44,014 bases of DNA from the IMG/VR virus record IMGVR_UViG_3300010366_000005, positions 1 to 44,014 of that record. One strand, written 5' to 3'. The notes beneath the pieces are model-generated. The model had not been told where the DNA came from and ran no database searches. It was given only the letters and a program-made list of their open reading frames with translations. Source of the stretch: a virus. Its lineage: Duplodnaviria > Caudoviricetes. The translations under genes and the position numbers were made by a program. This document shows positions 19,052 through 28,893 of the stretch, piece by piece (the first letter of the stretch is position 1; every line of letters begins with the position of its first letter).

Positions 19052-20065
19052 TCATCTAAGGAAGGCCCTGTTGCGGCGGCCTATGCCGTAGGGGAATCTC
19101 AGCTTCTTTGGCGGGTTATTCGATTGCCGCTCGATCAGCGAGTCCTTCATCATCTGCATATTTGATTGCGCGATGGCCGTCCACTCTTGTACGCGAGAGT
19201 CATCGCCGGCGACCGAGTACATCTTGCCCATGGCGATCGAGGCGATGACGCGGATGTGTTCGCGCGGGATCTCAGGGAGTATGGCGAGGATGTAGAAAGA
19301 GCCGGCAGCGAGAGCCGGGTTGGGCGCAGTAGCGAGAGTCAGCGAGGTATTCGATGGGATGGTCAGCACCCGGAAGATCTGAGATGGTTGCTGGGATGAG
19401 GTGGGAGTTGCGATAAATTCCGCCTGGATCTCTTCTTGGGCTTGCGTGGTTGGGATCGAGGCCGAGAAGTCGGGCTGGACAAGTTGAGTGAAAAATGTCC
19501 CGTTACCGGTGACGGTCACGCCGGAAGACGATACAGTGCCATCCTGTATATACGTCAGACCGAGAGGCCAGAACGTGTAGACCACCTCAAGTATGGTGCC
19601 GATAGCGAGCGGCATGGCGAAGTTGGCTTGGCCCCGGCCCGAGAGATACCAATAATAGGGACCGGTCTGGGTAGGCGTAGAGGACGGATTCGCGCTTACC
19701 GCGATGAAGTCGGGGTCAATCGGAGAGAGCGCCTGCGTCGATTGGAAGAGACCGCCGGCCGGAGGCTGCACGCGAATGCGCGTGACCTGGTAGAGACGGT
19801 TGGAGACAGGCGCCGAGAGGGCGGAATCAGAATTGTAAAGAAAATCGTAGGCGAACTGGGCTTTGGTGGTGGTGACGGTTTTGATGTTGGTGAAGTAGTG
19901 GTTCTTGAGCTTCGTCACCTCTTCCCAGACATGAATGTAAGCGCTGTTCAGCTCGCGTAGATACTCGGAAGGGTCGTAGCCGGGGAGACGCTGGGACAAA
20001 TATTGGACAAGCCCGTAGACGTTTGAGGGCTGGGAAGCGAGAGTGGTTGTCGAGAGTGCGGGCAT
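19052..20065 (-). CDS. Head-tail adaptor-like protein
   Basis: YLRELNSAY N-helix and PEIPREHIRVIASIA C-motif typical of podoviral adaptors. Confidence 0.7.
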   Translation of the reverse strand: MPALSTTTLASQPSNVYGLVQYLSQRLPGYDPSEYLRELNSAYIHVWEEVTKLKNHYFTNIKTVTTTKAQFAYDFLYNSDSALSAPVSNRLYQVTRIRVQPPAGGLFQSTQALSPIDPDFIAVSANPSSTPTQTGPYYWYLSGRGQANFAMPLAIGTILEVVYTFWPLGLTYIQDGTVSSSGVTVTGNGTFFTQLVQPDFSASIPTTQAQEEIQAEFIATPTSSQQPSQIFRVLTIPSNTSLTLATAPNPALAAGSFYILAILPEIPREHIRVIASIAMGKMYSVAGDDSRVQEWTAIAQSNMQMMKDSLIERQSNNPPKKLRFPYGIGRRNRAFLR

Positions 20066-20071
20066 TCATCT

Positions 20072-20677
20072 TTATTGGGTTACAGGCTTCTCTTTCTGGT
20101 CGTCCAAACGCTTCATCAGGCGCTCGAGAGCGTTGGAGATGTCTTCGGCAACCACGCGACCAGGCTCGCGCTGGGCTCGCATGGCTTCAACCGAGTAGGG
20201 TTTGGTAATGCCAAGAATGGTGTAGCACTCATCCTCGTAGAGTGTGACCTGGGACGAGACCTTCTCGCCGACTGCACGCTGCTTCAGACGCTCCTCGTAG
20301 GCTTCGACGGCCTTCATGCGGAAGGCGAGATTCGCGTCGTTGGCCTCTTTCTCGTAGCGGGCCTTTTCGTGCTCCTTCGGTTCGCGGGAGAGGACGATCA
20401 CGCCACGGGATCCCCAGCGCTCCTCGAGCACTTTGGCGATGCCCTTGATGGGCGTGCCCTGGTCGTCTTCAGAGTCGGCCATAGTCGCGGTATCGCGTAC
20501 CGGACGGTCCTTCCAGTTCCAGCGGCGGAAATTCGAGAACGAGTCTTGGACCTTTTGCCAGCCAGCAGAGAGCGGCAGACGAACACCGTTCCATTGAAAG
20601 CACTCAGGGTTGTAGCCGGGCTTGCCCATCATTGCGGGGTTTGGTAGAGACTCGACAGAATAGATCCAGTACGCCAT
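20072..20677 (-). CDS. Hypothetical late protein
   Basis: Contiguous operon ORF. Confidence 0.75.
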   Translation of the reverse strand: MAYWIYSVESLPNPAMMGKPGYNPECFQWNGVRLPLSAGWQKVQDSFSNFRRWNWKDRPVRDTATMADSEDDQGTPIKGIAKVLEERWGSRGVIVLSREPKEHEKARYEKEANDANLAFRMKAVEAYEERLKQRAVGEKVSSQVTLYEDECYTILGITKPYSVEAMRAQREPGRVVAEDISNALERLMKRLDDQKEKPVTQ

Positions 20678-21082
20678 TCATTTCCTCCAAGTTGCCGCCC
20701 AGCGATCATATCCGTTGCGATAGGCGGTGGTTGATCCCATGGTTAATGGGACGTCGATCTGGTCGGGGCCGATGGCCACTCCGTCCGTAGTGCAGGTACG
20801 GACCAGGCGAGCCGCATCTTCGAGAAAGCCTTCTTCGAGTTGGCGCTCCTGGTTGGCCTGGAAGGCGCGCGAGGTGTCCATCGCATTCTTGACAAATGTG
20901 CGGGCGTCGGTCTGCTCGCGGTCGCATTCGGCGATGGCCTTGACATCGGATTCGGTAACGCTGCCAGATTCGCAGGTACAGACCTTGTAGTCAGAGCCCA
21001 AGTCGTCTTTGCCGATGACGTCGAGTTTACCGTCTTGACGCTTGCGCGTCTTTAGCTTCCAGCTCTCGGGGAGTTCAGCCAT
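20678..21082 (-). CDS. Hypothetical late protein
   Basis: Contiguous operon ORF. Confidence 0.75.
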   Translation of the reverse strand: MAELPESWKLKTRKRQDGKLDVIGKDDLGSDYKVCTCESGSVTESDVKAIAECDREQTDARTFVKNAMDTSRAFQANQERQLEEGFLEDAARLVRTCTTDGVAIGPDQIDVPLTMGSTTAYRNGYDRWAATWRK

Positions 21083-21498
21083 TACGATCCTGAGAGCGCG
21101 ATCCAGACAACGGTCGGCGCGACGGATACCGCAGCTCCGAAACGGAAGAGGCCATAACCCTGGAGGCCGGCAATGGTGTAGCCGTTGGCGCTAGAGACGG
21201 CTGTATCTCCGGCAAATCCAGCGGCCGTAAAGGTAGTTGAAGAGCTGGCATTGGTAGGCGCCACGACTGTTGCCCATGTGATACCGCCATCAATTGAGAC
21301 TTCGAGAACCGGGGTGCCAACCGTACCGCCGACGCAGAAGATGACCAGAGTATCGAACCCGTTGGGGGTTCCAGTTAGTCCAGTTACCGTAAATTGAACA
21401 GCAGTAGTCGAGGCGTTGACCGGAAGAGTGCCGACATTGGTCGCCTTATTGCGCTGGATTACCGGAGTACCGGGACCATTTGCGATAATAGAGGCCAT
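21082..21498 (-). CDS. Putative virion/decoration protein
   Basis: beta-rich; VLEVSIDGGITWATV. Confidence 0.7.
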   Translation of the reverse strand: MASIIANGPGTPVIQRNKATNVGTLPVNASTTAVQFTVTGLTGTPNGFDTLVIFCVGGTVGTPVLEVSIDGGITWATVVAPTNASSSTTFTAAGFAGDTAVSSANGYTIAGLQGYGLFRFGAAVSVAPTVVWIALSGS

Positions 21499-21695
21499 TA
21501 TTCCTCAGTAGTTGCCGGTTCGGGTGAAATTTCGACGGCGGTCTCTTTGGCGAACCAGTCGTCGGCTGCCTTCTGGGCTTCTGCGCGGTCCGTGTATTTG
21601 TATTCGCCACGGACTTTTTGGCCGCCCTCGAGCTCGAGAGCCGGAGCCCACCAACCGTCAGCGAGCAAGACTGTCGCTTGTTTAAAGATGCTCAT
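21498..21695 (-). CDS. Hypothetical protein
   Basis: Overlapping start/stop codons. Confidence 0.65.
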   Translation of the reverse strand: MSIFKQATVLLADGWWAPALELEGGQKVRGEYKYTDRAEAQKAADDWFAKETAVEISPEPATTEE

Positions 21696-22012
21696 TTGTC
21701 AGATACTCCCATACCGCGACGGTGACGCTGGCCGCCAACCGAAACCTTGACATCATCATTGCCGACAACCTTGTCGCCGCGCATGACCTTGACTTCGCCC
21801 TCAGCTCCGGATTCATCGACGCCCTTAGACTTCGCGGCCTGGTCGATGGTTGAAGCCCAAAAGTCGGCCTGGTTGATGCCCGAGACACCCGCTGCCGGGT
21901 CGAGCGCATCAGCGGCAATCGAGAGAGCAAAGGTGTTGTCGTCGGTACCGTAGATATCGGATGACTCGGCTTTGCCGCTCTGTTCGGGTTGGTAATCGTT
22001 TTGGTGCGCCAT
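21692..22012 (-). CDS. Hypothetical acidic protein
   Basis: Contiguous operon ORF. Confidence 0.65.
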   Translation of the reverse strand: MAHQNDYQPEQSGKAESSDIYGTDDNTFALSIAADALDPAAGVSGINQADFWASTIDQAAKSKGVDESGAEGEVKVMRGDKVVGNDDVKVSVGGQRHRRGMGVSDK

Positions 22013-22013
22013 T

Positions 22014-22403
22014 TTAATGCGCCCTTACGCGCAGAGAGCAAACGAGACCGTTAAGAGTCGCAGCCGCGTTGGCCACTTCGAGCAGAGTCGCGGGACCGGC
22101 ACCGTTCGAGCCAAACCCACGGACACTACCGTGAGCCTTGTCATAGGACGCGACAAAGCATGAGGCGGCCGCGCCTGCGTTGTTGTTGGTCCACGGGTTC
22201 ACGACATCGACTGATTCGATCAGCGAGAAGGCGCCGCCGGTCAGTGTGTTGAGTTGCGTGATGCCGAACGGGTAGCCGCTGGTAGCGGTGAGCGGATACG
22301 AGTTGTCGGCCGTCACCTCGACAATCGCATCGAAGTAGGCGCCCGGCACCTTCCAGGCGTTGAAGCCCTCGCCGGGAGCGCGGGTTGCGAATGTTGCCGC
22401 CAT
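22014..22403 (-). CDS. Putative capsid-associated protein
   Basis: SD GGAGG; DNSYP..GYP, LLEVAN motifs; downstream of the MCP. Confidence 0.7.
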   Translation of the reverse strand: MAATFATRAPGEGFNAWKVPGAYFDAIVEVTADNSYPLTATSGYPFGITQLNTLTGGAFSLIESVDVVNPWTNNNAGAAASCFVASYDKAHGSVRGFGSNGAGPATLLEVANAAATLNGLVCSLRVRAH

Positions 22404-22412
22404 TCAAGCCTC

Positions 22413-22664
22413 CTAGAAGGTCTCTTGGGTATAGCCGTAGGGCAGATCAGTGCGCGTCGGACCTGCCGGAGAGCCATCCTGACCATAAGTGAATGTGGAC
22501 GAGTTACCCGAGGTCAAAGCCGCCGCCGTCGCCATATCGGCAGAAAGCAACGCGAACGAGAATCTCAACCCGCCCTGTGGACTCAAGATCTGGAAGAGAA
22601 AGTTGTTGGGCGAAGCCGAGTTCTTGGTGACGATAACGGTATTTGCCAGTAAGGTCGCGGGCAT
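22413..22664 (-). CDS. Hypothetical protein
   Basis: SD GGAGG. Confidence 0.65.
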   Translation of the reverse strand: MPATLLANTVIVTKNSASPNNFLFQILSPQGGLRFSFALLSADMATAAALTSGNSSTFTYGQDGSPAGPTRTDLPYGYTQETF

Positions 22665-22667
22665 AGG

Positions 22668-22853
22668 TTAGCCTCCCTGCTTGCCGTGGTTGCCTTCGGA
22701 CTGGGCGCGCGAGTCGGTCTCCGAGTTGATGTCGAGAGTCGGCTCGGGCACGCCGAGGATACGCGAAGAGATCGAGGTTGCGGTCGAGGTGTCGTCCTCG
22801 CCGTAGTACTGGGGATCGCAGAAATCCTTTGCCACAAAAACCTCCTGAATCAA
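22668..22853 (-). CDS. Hypothetical protein
   Basis: Overlaps the MCP stop. Confidence 0.5.
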   Translation of the reverse strand: MIQEVFVAKDFCDPQYYGEDDTSTATSISSRILGVPEPTLDINSETDSRAQSEGNHGKQGG

Positions 22854-24136
22854 TATCCGGTGGGCACGCCCAGGCCATTTATCTTGACGTGAGCATTTGG
22901 TACGTAAGTTCCCAAATTTCCCCTGAACAGCAGAAACGCCACGAATGCGTCAGTGTACTGGCCGGTAGTCGAGGACGGTACCTGGCGCAGAATCGAACCG
23001 GTGCGGTCGTCGAATGAGAGCTCGCGGGCCGTGACCTTGAACATCACGTCGCGGTCGATGGCGAAGATGTGATCCTTGGGGCAGTCGGTGTCGATAATCC
23101 AGGGGAAGCCTTCCCACTCGACTGCGGTGTAGCCCAGGTCGAGTTTCTTGTTGGCGTCGTTGAAACGCTTCAACGTCCAGCCCATGTCCATGTAGGCGTG
23201 GAGTTGGGATGGGTGCGAGATCAGCTCGAGAGACGGGCTTACGCGACCTTGCAGGATCTGGACGGTAGCGAGTGCGCGGCGCAAGTGGTCGCGGGCCAAG
23301 GCCGGCGAGCCCGACAAGGCAATGACGCCGGCATTGTACTGGTTGTTGGTCGAGCGGTTGATGTTCTGGAAGGTCGGAGTGACGGTACCGTTGTCAACGA
23401 TCAGCTTGAGCCCCGAGAGGACGTTCTGAAACGAGTCGGCGGAGTTCACGGTCGGCGAGCCGGTAACGACGATGGCATCGTTGGTATTGATAGTGGCGGC
23501 GGACGTCGCCGGGCCGACAACGATGTTGGTACCGTTCGCAACTTCGATCGGCTGGTCAAGAGAGATGATGGTTGCCGAAGCTTTCGCGGGAAGCGCGGAA
23601 CCCGTCAAAAAGTTGATGTTCATGCCGGGGCGCAGATAGTGGGCCGCCTCGATGCTGCCGGTCACGTTGATTGTGGTATTGACCGTGGTCGAGAGGGTTG
23701 CGCCCGCGCCCGCGAGAGCGAGGATTCCGGTACCGTCCAGAAACGCATAGATGTTCAGGTACTTGATGGCGTTGATGGTGGCCATCTTGATGTTGAACGC
23801 CAGAGCGCGCGCGTAGGTGGTCGCGTCGTTACCGGCGGCATCGAGAGCTGCGCCGGTCAGCTGGACTGGCAACACGAACGAGAAGAAGCCGACGAGCGCC
23901 GAGGTCAAAGCCTCGGAGCCGCCAGCCGGCAGAGTGCCGCCATCAGCAAACCAGTTGAAGACCGCGTTCGGCTGGAGATGAGTCGGAATTTCCATGCCAC
24001 GGTTCGAGATAGGGATGCCCTTGCCGTCGGCGTAGCGGTTCCACAACACAGCAGCAGAGTTGAATTGCTTGCTGATGCGGGGATTGAACATGATCTTCAT
24101 CAACGGTTGGGCCGCTGTTAAATTAAAAACTGCCAT
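22850..24136 (-). CDS. Major capsid protein
   Basis: 428 aa after the scaffold; strong SD; WFADGGTLP, FQNINRSTN, GFPWIIDTDCP, GNLGTYVPNAHVKINGL HK97-fold-like motifs. Confidence 0.85.
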   Translation of the reverse strand: MAVFNLTAAQPLMKIMFNPRISKQFNSAAVLWNRYADGKGIPISNRGMEIPTHLQPNAVFNWFADGGTLPAGGSEALTSALVGFFSFVLPVQLTGAALDAAGNDATTYARALAFNIKMATINAIKYLNIYAFLDGTGILALAGAGATLSTTVNTTINVTGSIEAAHYLRPGMNINFLTGSALPAKASATIISLDQPIEVANGTNIVVGPATSAATINTNDAIVVTGSPTVNSADSFQNVLSGLKLIVDNGTVTPTFQNINRSTNNQYNAGVIALSGSPALARDHLRRALATVQILQGRVSPSLELISHPSQLHAYMDMGWTLKRFNDANKKLDLGYTAVEWEGFPWIIDTDCPKDHIFAIDRDVMFKVTARELSFDDRTGSILRQVPSSTTGQYTDAFVAFLLFRGNLGTYVPNAHVKINGLGVPTGY

Positions 24137-24179
24137 CTTAGTCTCTCCTCAATATCTCGGGGAACGCGTTTTATCGTTC

Positions 24180-25064
24180 CTACGCTCTCGAAAGGGCAGC
24201 CGCTAACTCGCGCTCCGTTGCCGACCAGTCGTCTCCGGCGCCTTCAAGGGATTTGTCGATGTCGGATCGGGAGACAACGCCGGGACCAACCTGGAACTCG
24301 GAGAATGACTTGTCGAGTTGGCGGTCGCGGGTGGCCTTTTCGGCGTCAGCGGCGGCCTTGCGGTCGCCTGCCCATCCCTCGATAATCGACTTGAAGATGC
24401 GGGGAACATCGACAAAGTTACCATTGTTGATCCGCTTGACTGTGGCTGGGTCTTTAGCCAGCTCGGTCTGGAGATCGGAACGCATGGCCCGCTGCTCGCT
24501 CCTGGTCAGATTCAATGACTTGACGGCATCGGATCCCATCAGTTCATCGACACGGGAGGTGTAACGGCCGTGGACAAGTGCGAGTTGCTGGGCTTGGTCG
24601 CGTTGCTGCTGTTGAGTCTGGAAACCGCTTACCGTCTCGCGGAGGGCTTTGACTTCAGCCATCAGATCAGGGTCGGTTCCCTTGGCGGTGGATTTGCCGC
24701 TATTGGCAGGATCATCCTTGACTTCGTTTTCGTCAGCGAACATCCCGGCAACTTCCCAGCTAAACTTCTTCGCTGCTTCCGGGTTGACACGACGAAGCAT
24801 CCGGACAAACTCTCGAGGGTCCGTTTCAATAATGCCGTTCATGGCATTGAGCGCCCGAGCCGCCTCGGGTAGTTCGCGGGCCTGCTCCGCAGTAAAGCCT
24901 GAGTCCAGCAAAAACTGGCCGAGTTCCTGGGCCGCCTTGTCCGCAGTTGCGTCAACCGTGGTGGCGGGTTTGGTTTCGGTCGTAGTTGTGGCGTCGGAGG
25001 TAGGTGCTGTGACGGGTTTGGTTTCCGTCACAACGGCATCACGAAGAGTAGCTTCATCGGACAT
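24180..25064 (-). CDS. Scaffolding protein
   Basis: Helical, acidic, disordered N-terminus; immediately upstream of the MCP. Confidence 0.7.
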   Translation of the reverse strand: MSDEATLRDAVVTETKPVTAPTSDATTTTETKPATTVDATADKAAQELGQFLLDSGFTAEQARELPEAARALNAMNGIIETDPREFVRMLRRVNPEAAKKFSWEVAGMFADENEVKDDPANSGKSTAKGTDPDLMAEVKALRETVSGFQTQQQQRDQAQQLALVHGRYTSRVDELMGSDAVKSLNLTRSEQRAMRSDLQTELAKDPATVKRINNGNFVDVPRIFKSIIEGWAGDRKAAADAEKATRDRQLDKSFSEFQVGPGVVSRSDIDKSLEGAGDDWSATERELAAALSRA

Positions 25065-25260
25065 TCGAGTTCTCCTTGAGAGTTATCGAGGTTACGGAAG
25101 AATTGCAAAACCCGATATCGCGCTTTCGTCTCTCTTCAATGAGGCAGTTGAGCGCGAGAGCGAGTGATTGCTCGCCGGCAATACGGTAAAGATAGTCGTA
25201 GTTCTCGTTTGTGAGCCGCACCAGCAGAGGAGTCTTGGGGCCGTAGGGTTGCTGGATCAT
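25054..25260 (-). CDS. Small RHH-like DNA-binding protein
   Basis: LLVRLTNENYDYLYRIA...SLALALNCLIEE. Confidence 0.55.
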   Translation of the reverse strand: MIQQPYGPKTPLLVRLTNENYDYLYRIAGEQSLALALNCLIEERRKRDIGFCNSSVTSITLKENSNVR

Positions 25261-25382
25261 ATTGCTGGACCGCTGAACATCAGGGCTTCGCCAATCGCGT
25301 CATAGAGAGCCGCGAAGTTGGGGAATGAGAAGACGCCGCCCCGGACGATGAAGAGATAGCGCTTGCCGTCGTTCCAGATCAT
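25257..25382 (-). CDS. Small hypothetical protein MIWNDGKRYLFIVRGG...
   Basis: Fills the gap and couples to the next ATG (ATGA). Confidence 0.5.
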   Translation of the reverse strand: MIWNDGKRYLFIVRGGVFSFPNFAALYDAIGEALMFSGPAI

Positions 25383-25411
25383 ACTTTAGCTTCGCTTGCC
25401 GTCGTTCCAAA

Positions 25412-25867
25412 TCACATCGGTCTCCGGCCGTATTGGGAAAAACGCCCATTGCGAGAGTCGCGTTCACTCTTATCGTGCAGTCCTCGTCCGTATTTACTGG
25501 TGCTGCGCTCTCTGCCAATTCTGCCAGCCGCAGATGCGCCCAACGCTGGGAACATCGTTCGGCATCGTACCCAATCCTGGACTAAGGCTTTCTTAACAAT
25601 CAAATATGGAAGCACACCTTTAGCGAACTTCATACGATTAACATTGCCTGAAACGCTCAATTGCCATGTTGCAGACATCGCAATCAAATTCGTTCTCCGC
25701 TCTCGTATTTTGACCATACAAGATGTGATTCCATTGGCTGAAAGAAAGTCGCGTATTCGATAAAGGACCGCCGGCTCTTTTTGGTAAATGGACAAAATAC
25801 AGTCAGATAGACACGGTGCGAACGTACCTTCACCATCGAAGAAGCCAGCAATATACGCCCAGTTCAT
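25412..25867 (-). CDS. Free-standing LAGLIDADG homing endonuclease
   Basis: WAYIAGFFDGEG; LSIYQKE; LPYLIVKK. Confidence 0.88.
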   Translation of the reverse strand: MNWAYIAGFFDGEGTFAPCLSDCILSIYQKEPAVLYRIRDFLSANGITSCMVKIRERRTNLIAMSATWQLSVSGNVNRMKFAKGVLPYLIVKKALVQDWVRCRTMFPALGASAAGRIGRERSTSKYGRGLHDKSERDSRNGRFSQYGRRPM

Positions 25868-28245
25868 TAAGTCAACCTCTGCACACGATGCTGGTTGCCT
25901 TCCGGCGGCTGCGGACGGTTTGGCTTCGCGGCGGCCCCCTTTTGCGCACGCTGCTGGCGCTCGACCGGATTCTTCGGAATCTGGCCACCGCGCTTGCCGC
26001 CCTGGTCGGGTTCCTTTTCACCGCCTCCGCCCGGAGGTGGAACGCCCGGAGGTCCGGCGGGTTGCGGTGAGATCGCTTGCTGGGCCTGCATACCAGCTGC
26101 CGAGACCACCGCCTGCATCTGTTGGGCCTTGGCGAGATTAATGATGTGGAGCTGGGCGTGGCGGAGAACCATCTGGGCGAGTTGCTGGTTAGTATCGGCT
26201 TCATCCGAGTTCAGCCATTCTTGACACGTCTCGATATGGACTGCATCGTTGTCGCGGATGAGCATCGGCTGGACTTGCTGGCCAGAGCGCATCATCTCGA
26301 TCTCTTTCCATTGCCGCTTTTGTTGCGCGTAGAAGGGATCGAGTTCGCGCGGGAGATGGTAGAGCTCCATGGCCTTACGCTTGACGCGCGGATCTTTGGG
26401 ATCGAGGAGGTTGGATGCGACGGCTTGTGAGAGTGAGTCCTGTTCCGCCGGGTTGATGGGCATGACACGAGTGATGAGATGGATATTGTCGAGATTGAGG
26501 GCCGAGCCCTTGAGTTTCGTAAACTCCCATTTGCCGTTCAGGCCCTCGACCGCATGAATACGCTCGTCCAGCCAGTTTTCGGCGGCAAGCTTGAGCGCCT
26601 GGCGCGCCCACTTCTCGTCGGCGGTCTTCCACAGGATGAGAGCCGGGAGTTGGGCGTTGTCAGACTTCGCGGCGGCTTGTTCCTGGCCTCCGAAGGTGTT
26701 GACCCCGGTTTCGTGCGCCCCGGATGCGGCGGGCGAGTAGCGGGCGTGGGCCATCATGTCTTGTAATTGAGCACCACGCCATTGCCAGGTCTCAGCCGAG
26801 AGAGGCGAGGATTTGATCTGAGAGAATGCCTCGTTGATGGGACGGCCTGCGGATTTTGCTTCAACAATCGTGGACGGATCATTGAGGATTTCATTCTTGT
26901 CGATGCGCTGGGAGTCGATCACCAGTAATGGTGCGGAGTTGTAGCCCTCGTTGCGAAGGATGAGACGGTCGGTCTCGTCGAGTTTCAGCTGGCCGGGGAT
27001 GAGATCGTCGTCGCCATCGCCCCAGAGCCGTCCGGGAACCGGGGTGAACACGTAATGGGTCCAGTGGTCTTCGATGGTGTCGTCGCGGGCTTCGAGCAAG
27101 ATGTCGCCGGTCTTGGCGCCGTAGAGGCCGTGAGGGTATTTCTTTCGAAGGTCCGTGTCGAAGAAATATTGAGACGGGCGGATCCAGCCCTCGATCAGAA
27201 GAGCCTTGGCGGCGGCAGTGGCGCGCTCATACCACGCTGCGTATTGTGTGGGGTCTCCAGGTAAGTCCGCGAGGGATTGCAGGTAGATGAGCCCCAAGTC
27301 GCCGCCCGTGGCATAAGCCTCTCCCCCACCCTCGTCACCTGAAGGTGCAAGCTGGATCTTCGGATAATTCGATTGCAGAGCAAGACGATCAACCACCCGG
27401 TTGCGAATGATAAAAGGAGCATGCCATAGATCATAAGACGAACTCCGGCAATAGACTTCTAACGGGTTCACTACTTCCGTCATTACCTCGCCGCGCGGGT
27501 ATTGGACGGAGCCGGTGACTTGCGGCAGCTTAGCGGCGATGGGCGGAGTGGTTTCTTGGATGGGAGTTCCGCAGATCGGGCAGAACTGGAAGATACCCTC
27601 GAAGGGACCGTCGATGGGGCAGACCGAGCCGCCCTCCGAGAGTAAGACATCCTGGTCCTGGTAGACGTTCGCGGTAACGTAGCCGTAGCGGGTGTCTTTG
27701 GAGAAGTAGGCGAACCGGAAGGAGTTTCCGAAAAGACGGAGGTTGATGGCCTCGAGAACGCGGAGGTAGTCGTAGGAGACGGATTTGCGGATTACCTCGA
27801 GAGCGCCACGGGCCGCTTTCGCCGCCGCCTGGGCCGAGGGATCGTCGTTGGCGGGGGTGGCCTCGATGATGGGTTCGTTCTGGACCTGGGCCCGGACGCC
27901 GTGGAGAATGAGGGTACGGTAGTAGTTGTTGGGAAAGGCGTAGTCGCCGGAGTCTTGTTGCAGCACATCCCAGGCCACATTGATTTCCGACCACTCGAGT
28001 TCGTGATAGCCCTGGTAGATGAGAGCGTTACGCATCCACTTGCGGGCGAATTGGATCTTCTCGAACGATCCTTCGCGGTAGTAGTACTCGAGCAGCCAGA
28101 GGATACGCTTCTCCATTGACTCGGAGATCGGATATTGCGGCGAGATGTCACGCTTAGAGGGGCGGTCGGTCTTGGAGTGAAGAACCTTGTCCTTGTTTGC
28201 GAACAGGTCTTTGAGACGGCCGCCGAGACCGCTGATTGCGCCCAT
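25867..28245 (-). CDS. Portal protein
   Basis: 792 aa between TerL and scaffold; P.NDDPSAQAAAK, EVVNPLEVY, GRLWGDG motifs; Q/P-rich tail. Confidence 0.85.
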   Translation of the reverse strand: MGAISGLGGRLKDLFANKDKVLHSKTDRPSKRDISPQYPISESMEKRILWLLEYYYREGSFEKIQFARKWMRNALIYQGYHELEWSEINVAWDVLQQDSGDYAFPNNYYRTLILHGVRAQVQNEPIIEATPANDDPSAQAAAKAARGALEVIRKSVSYDYLRVLEAINLRLFGNSFRFAYFSKDTRYGYVTANVYQDQDVLLSEGGSVCPIDGPFEGIFQFCPICGTPIQETTPPIAAKLPQVTGSVQYPRGEVMTEVVNPLEVYCRSSSYDLWHAPFIIRNRVVDRLALQSNYPKIQLAPSGDEGGGEAYATGGDLGLIYLQSLADLPGDPTQYAAWYERATAAAKALLIEGWIRPSQYFFDTDLRKKYPHGLYGAKTGDILLEARDDTIEDHWTHYVFTPVPGRLWGDGDDDLIPGQLKLDETDRLILRNEGYNSAPLLVIDSQRIDKNEILNDPSTIVEAKSAGRPINEAFSQIKSSPLSAETWQWRGAQLQDMMAHARYSPAASGAHETGVNTFGGQEQAAAKSDNAQLPALILWKTADEKWARQALKLAAENWLDERIHAVEGLNGKWEFTKLKGSALNLDNIHLITRVMPINPAEQDSLSQAVASNLLDPKDPRVKRKAMELYHLPRELDPFYAQQKRQWKEIEMMRSGQQVQPMLIRDNDAVHIETCQEWLNSDEADTNQQLAQMVLRHAQLHIINLAKAQQMQAVVSAAGMQAQQAISPQPAGPPGVPPPGGGGEKEPDQGGKRGGQIPKNPVERQQRAQKGAAAKPNRPQPPEGNQHRVQRLT

Positions 28246-28490
28246 TAATCAGTACTCGCTTTCTTCATCCACTCGGTGCCTGGCAGGGGCATCGTTATGC
28301 GGTTGCGGTCCTGGCGACGCTGGATGTGGCGAGCCACCAGATCCGCTGCGGTCTTTTCTTCAGGTTGGGCGATGCCTTCGCGCGCAGCTAGCATCCGCAT
28401 CCACTCTCGGCGCTCGTAAGAGACAAGTAAAAACTGGATCAGCGATAACGCGAGAGCAAGGATTGTAATGACGATAAGTCCGGTTTGCAT
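28245..28490 (-). CDS. Small membrane protein
   Basis: N-terminal TM; coupled to the portal start. Confidence 0.7.
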   Translation of the reverse strand: MQTGLIVITILALALSLIQFLLVSYERREWMRMLAAREGIAQPEEKTAADLVARHIQRRQDRNRITMPLPGTEWMKKASTD

Positions 28491-28651
28491 ATTCGCTCCA
28501 GACGCTCCTCTTCGGTTTCAGGGCGGCCACGCTTCTTTTCAAGCTCGGCTGCGATGCGGCAGGCCCGGTCCATGTCGGCGCCCTTGAGTTCGTCGCAGTC
28601 GGTATCAAAGATACCGTATTTGTTGGGTGACTCTTCGGGGATTTGACTCAT
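28439..28651 (-). CDS. Hypothetical protein MSQIPEES...
   Basis: ATGA overlap with the upstream gene. Confidence 0.55.
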   Translation of the reverse strand: MSQIPEESPNKYGIFDTDCDELKGADMDRACRIAAELEKKRGRPETEEERLERICKPDLSSLQSLLSRYR

Positions 28652-28893
28652 AGATACCTTATACCGCAACCACAAGTGACGCCGGCCATGCGCTGCGGGT
28701 GCGCTAATTGCCCGGAACCCGGTACCAGTAAAACCGGCACCTCGACCAGATCGTCGGACCAGCTGCCGCAAACGTGACAGCGGCCAGCTTGGCCAACGGT
28801 GCGAGGTTGGAACCGCGAAACGGGAACCTTTTCGGCATTGGCGATGGCCTGGAGTTCCTGGTCGATTTGATCGAGGTTGTCTTTGGGCGGCAT
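28648..28893 (-). CDS. Zinc-binding hypothetical protein
   Basis: CHVC...CGC. Confidence 0.6.
   Translation of the reverse strand: MPPKDNLDQIDQELQAIANAEKVPVSRFQPRTVGQAGRCHVCGSWSDDLVEVPVLLVPGSGQLAHPQRMAGVTCGCGIRYL

Noticed and set aside
23069-24121. 350-aa plus-strand ORF
   Set aside because: Antisense shadow of the codon-biased capsid gene.
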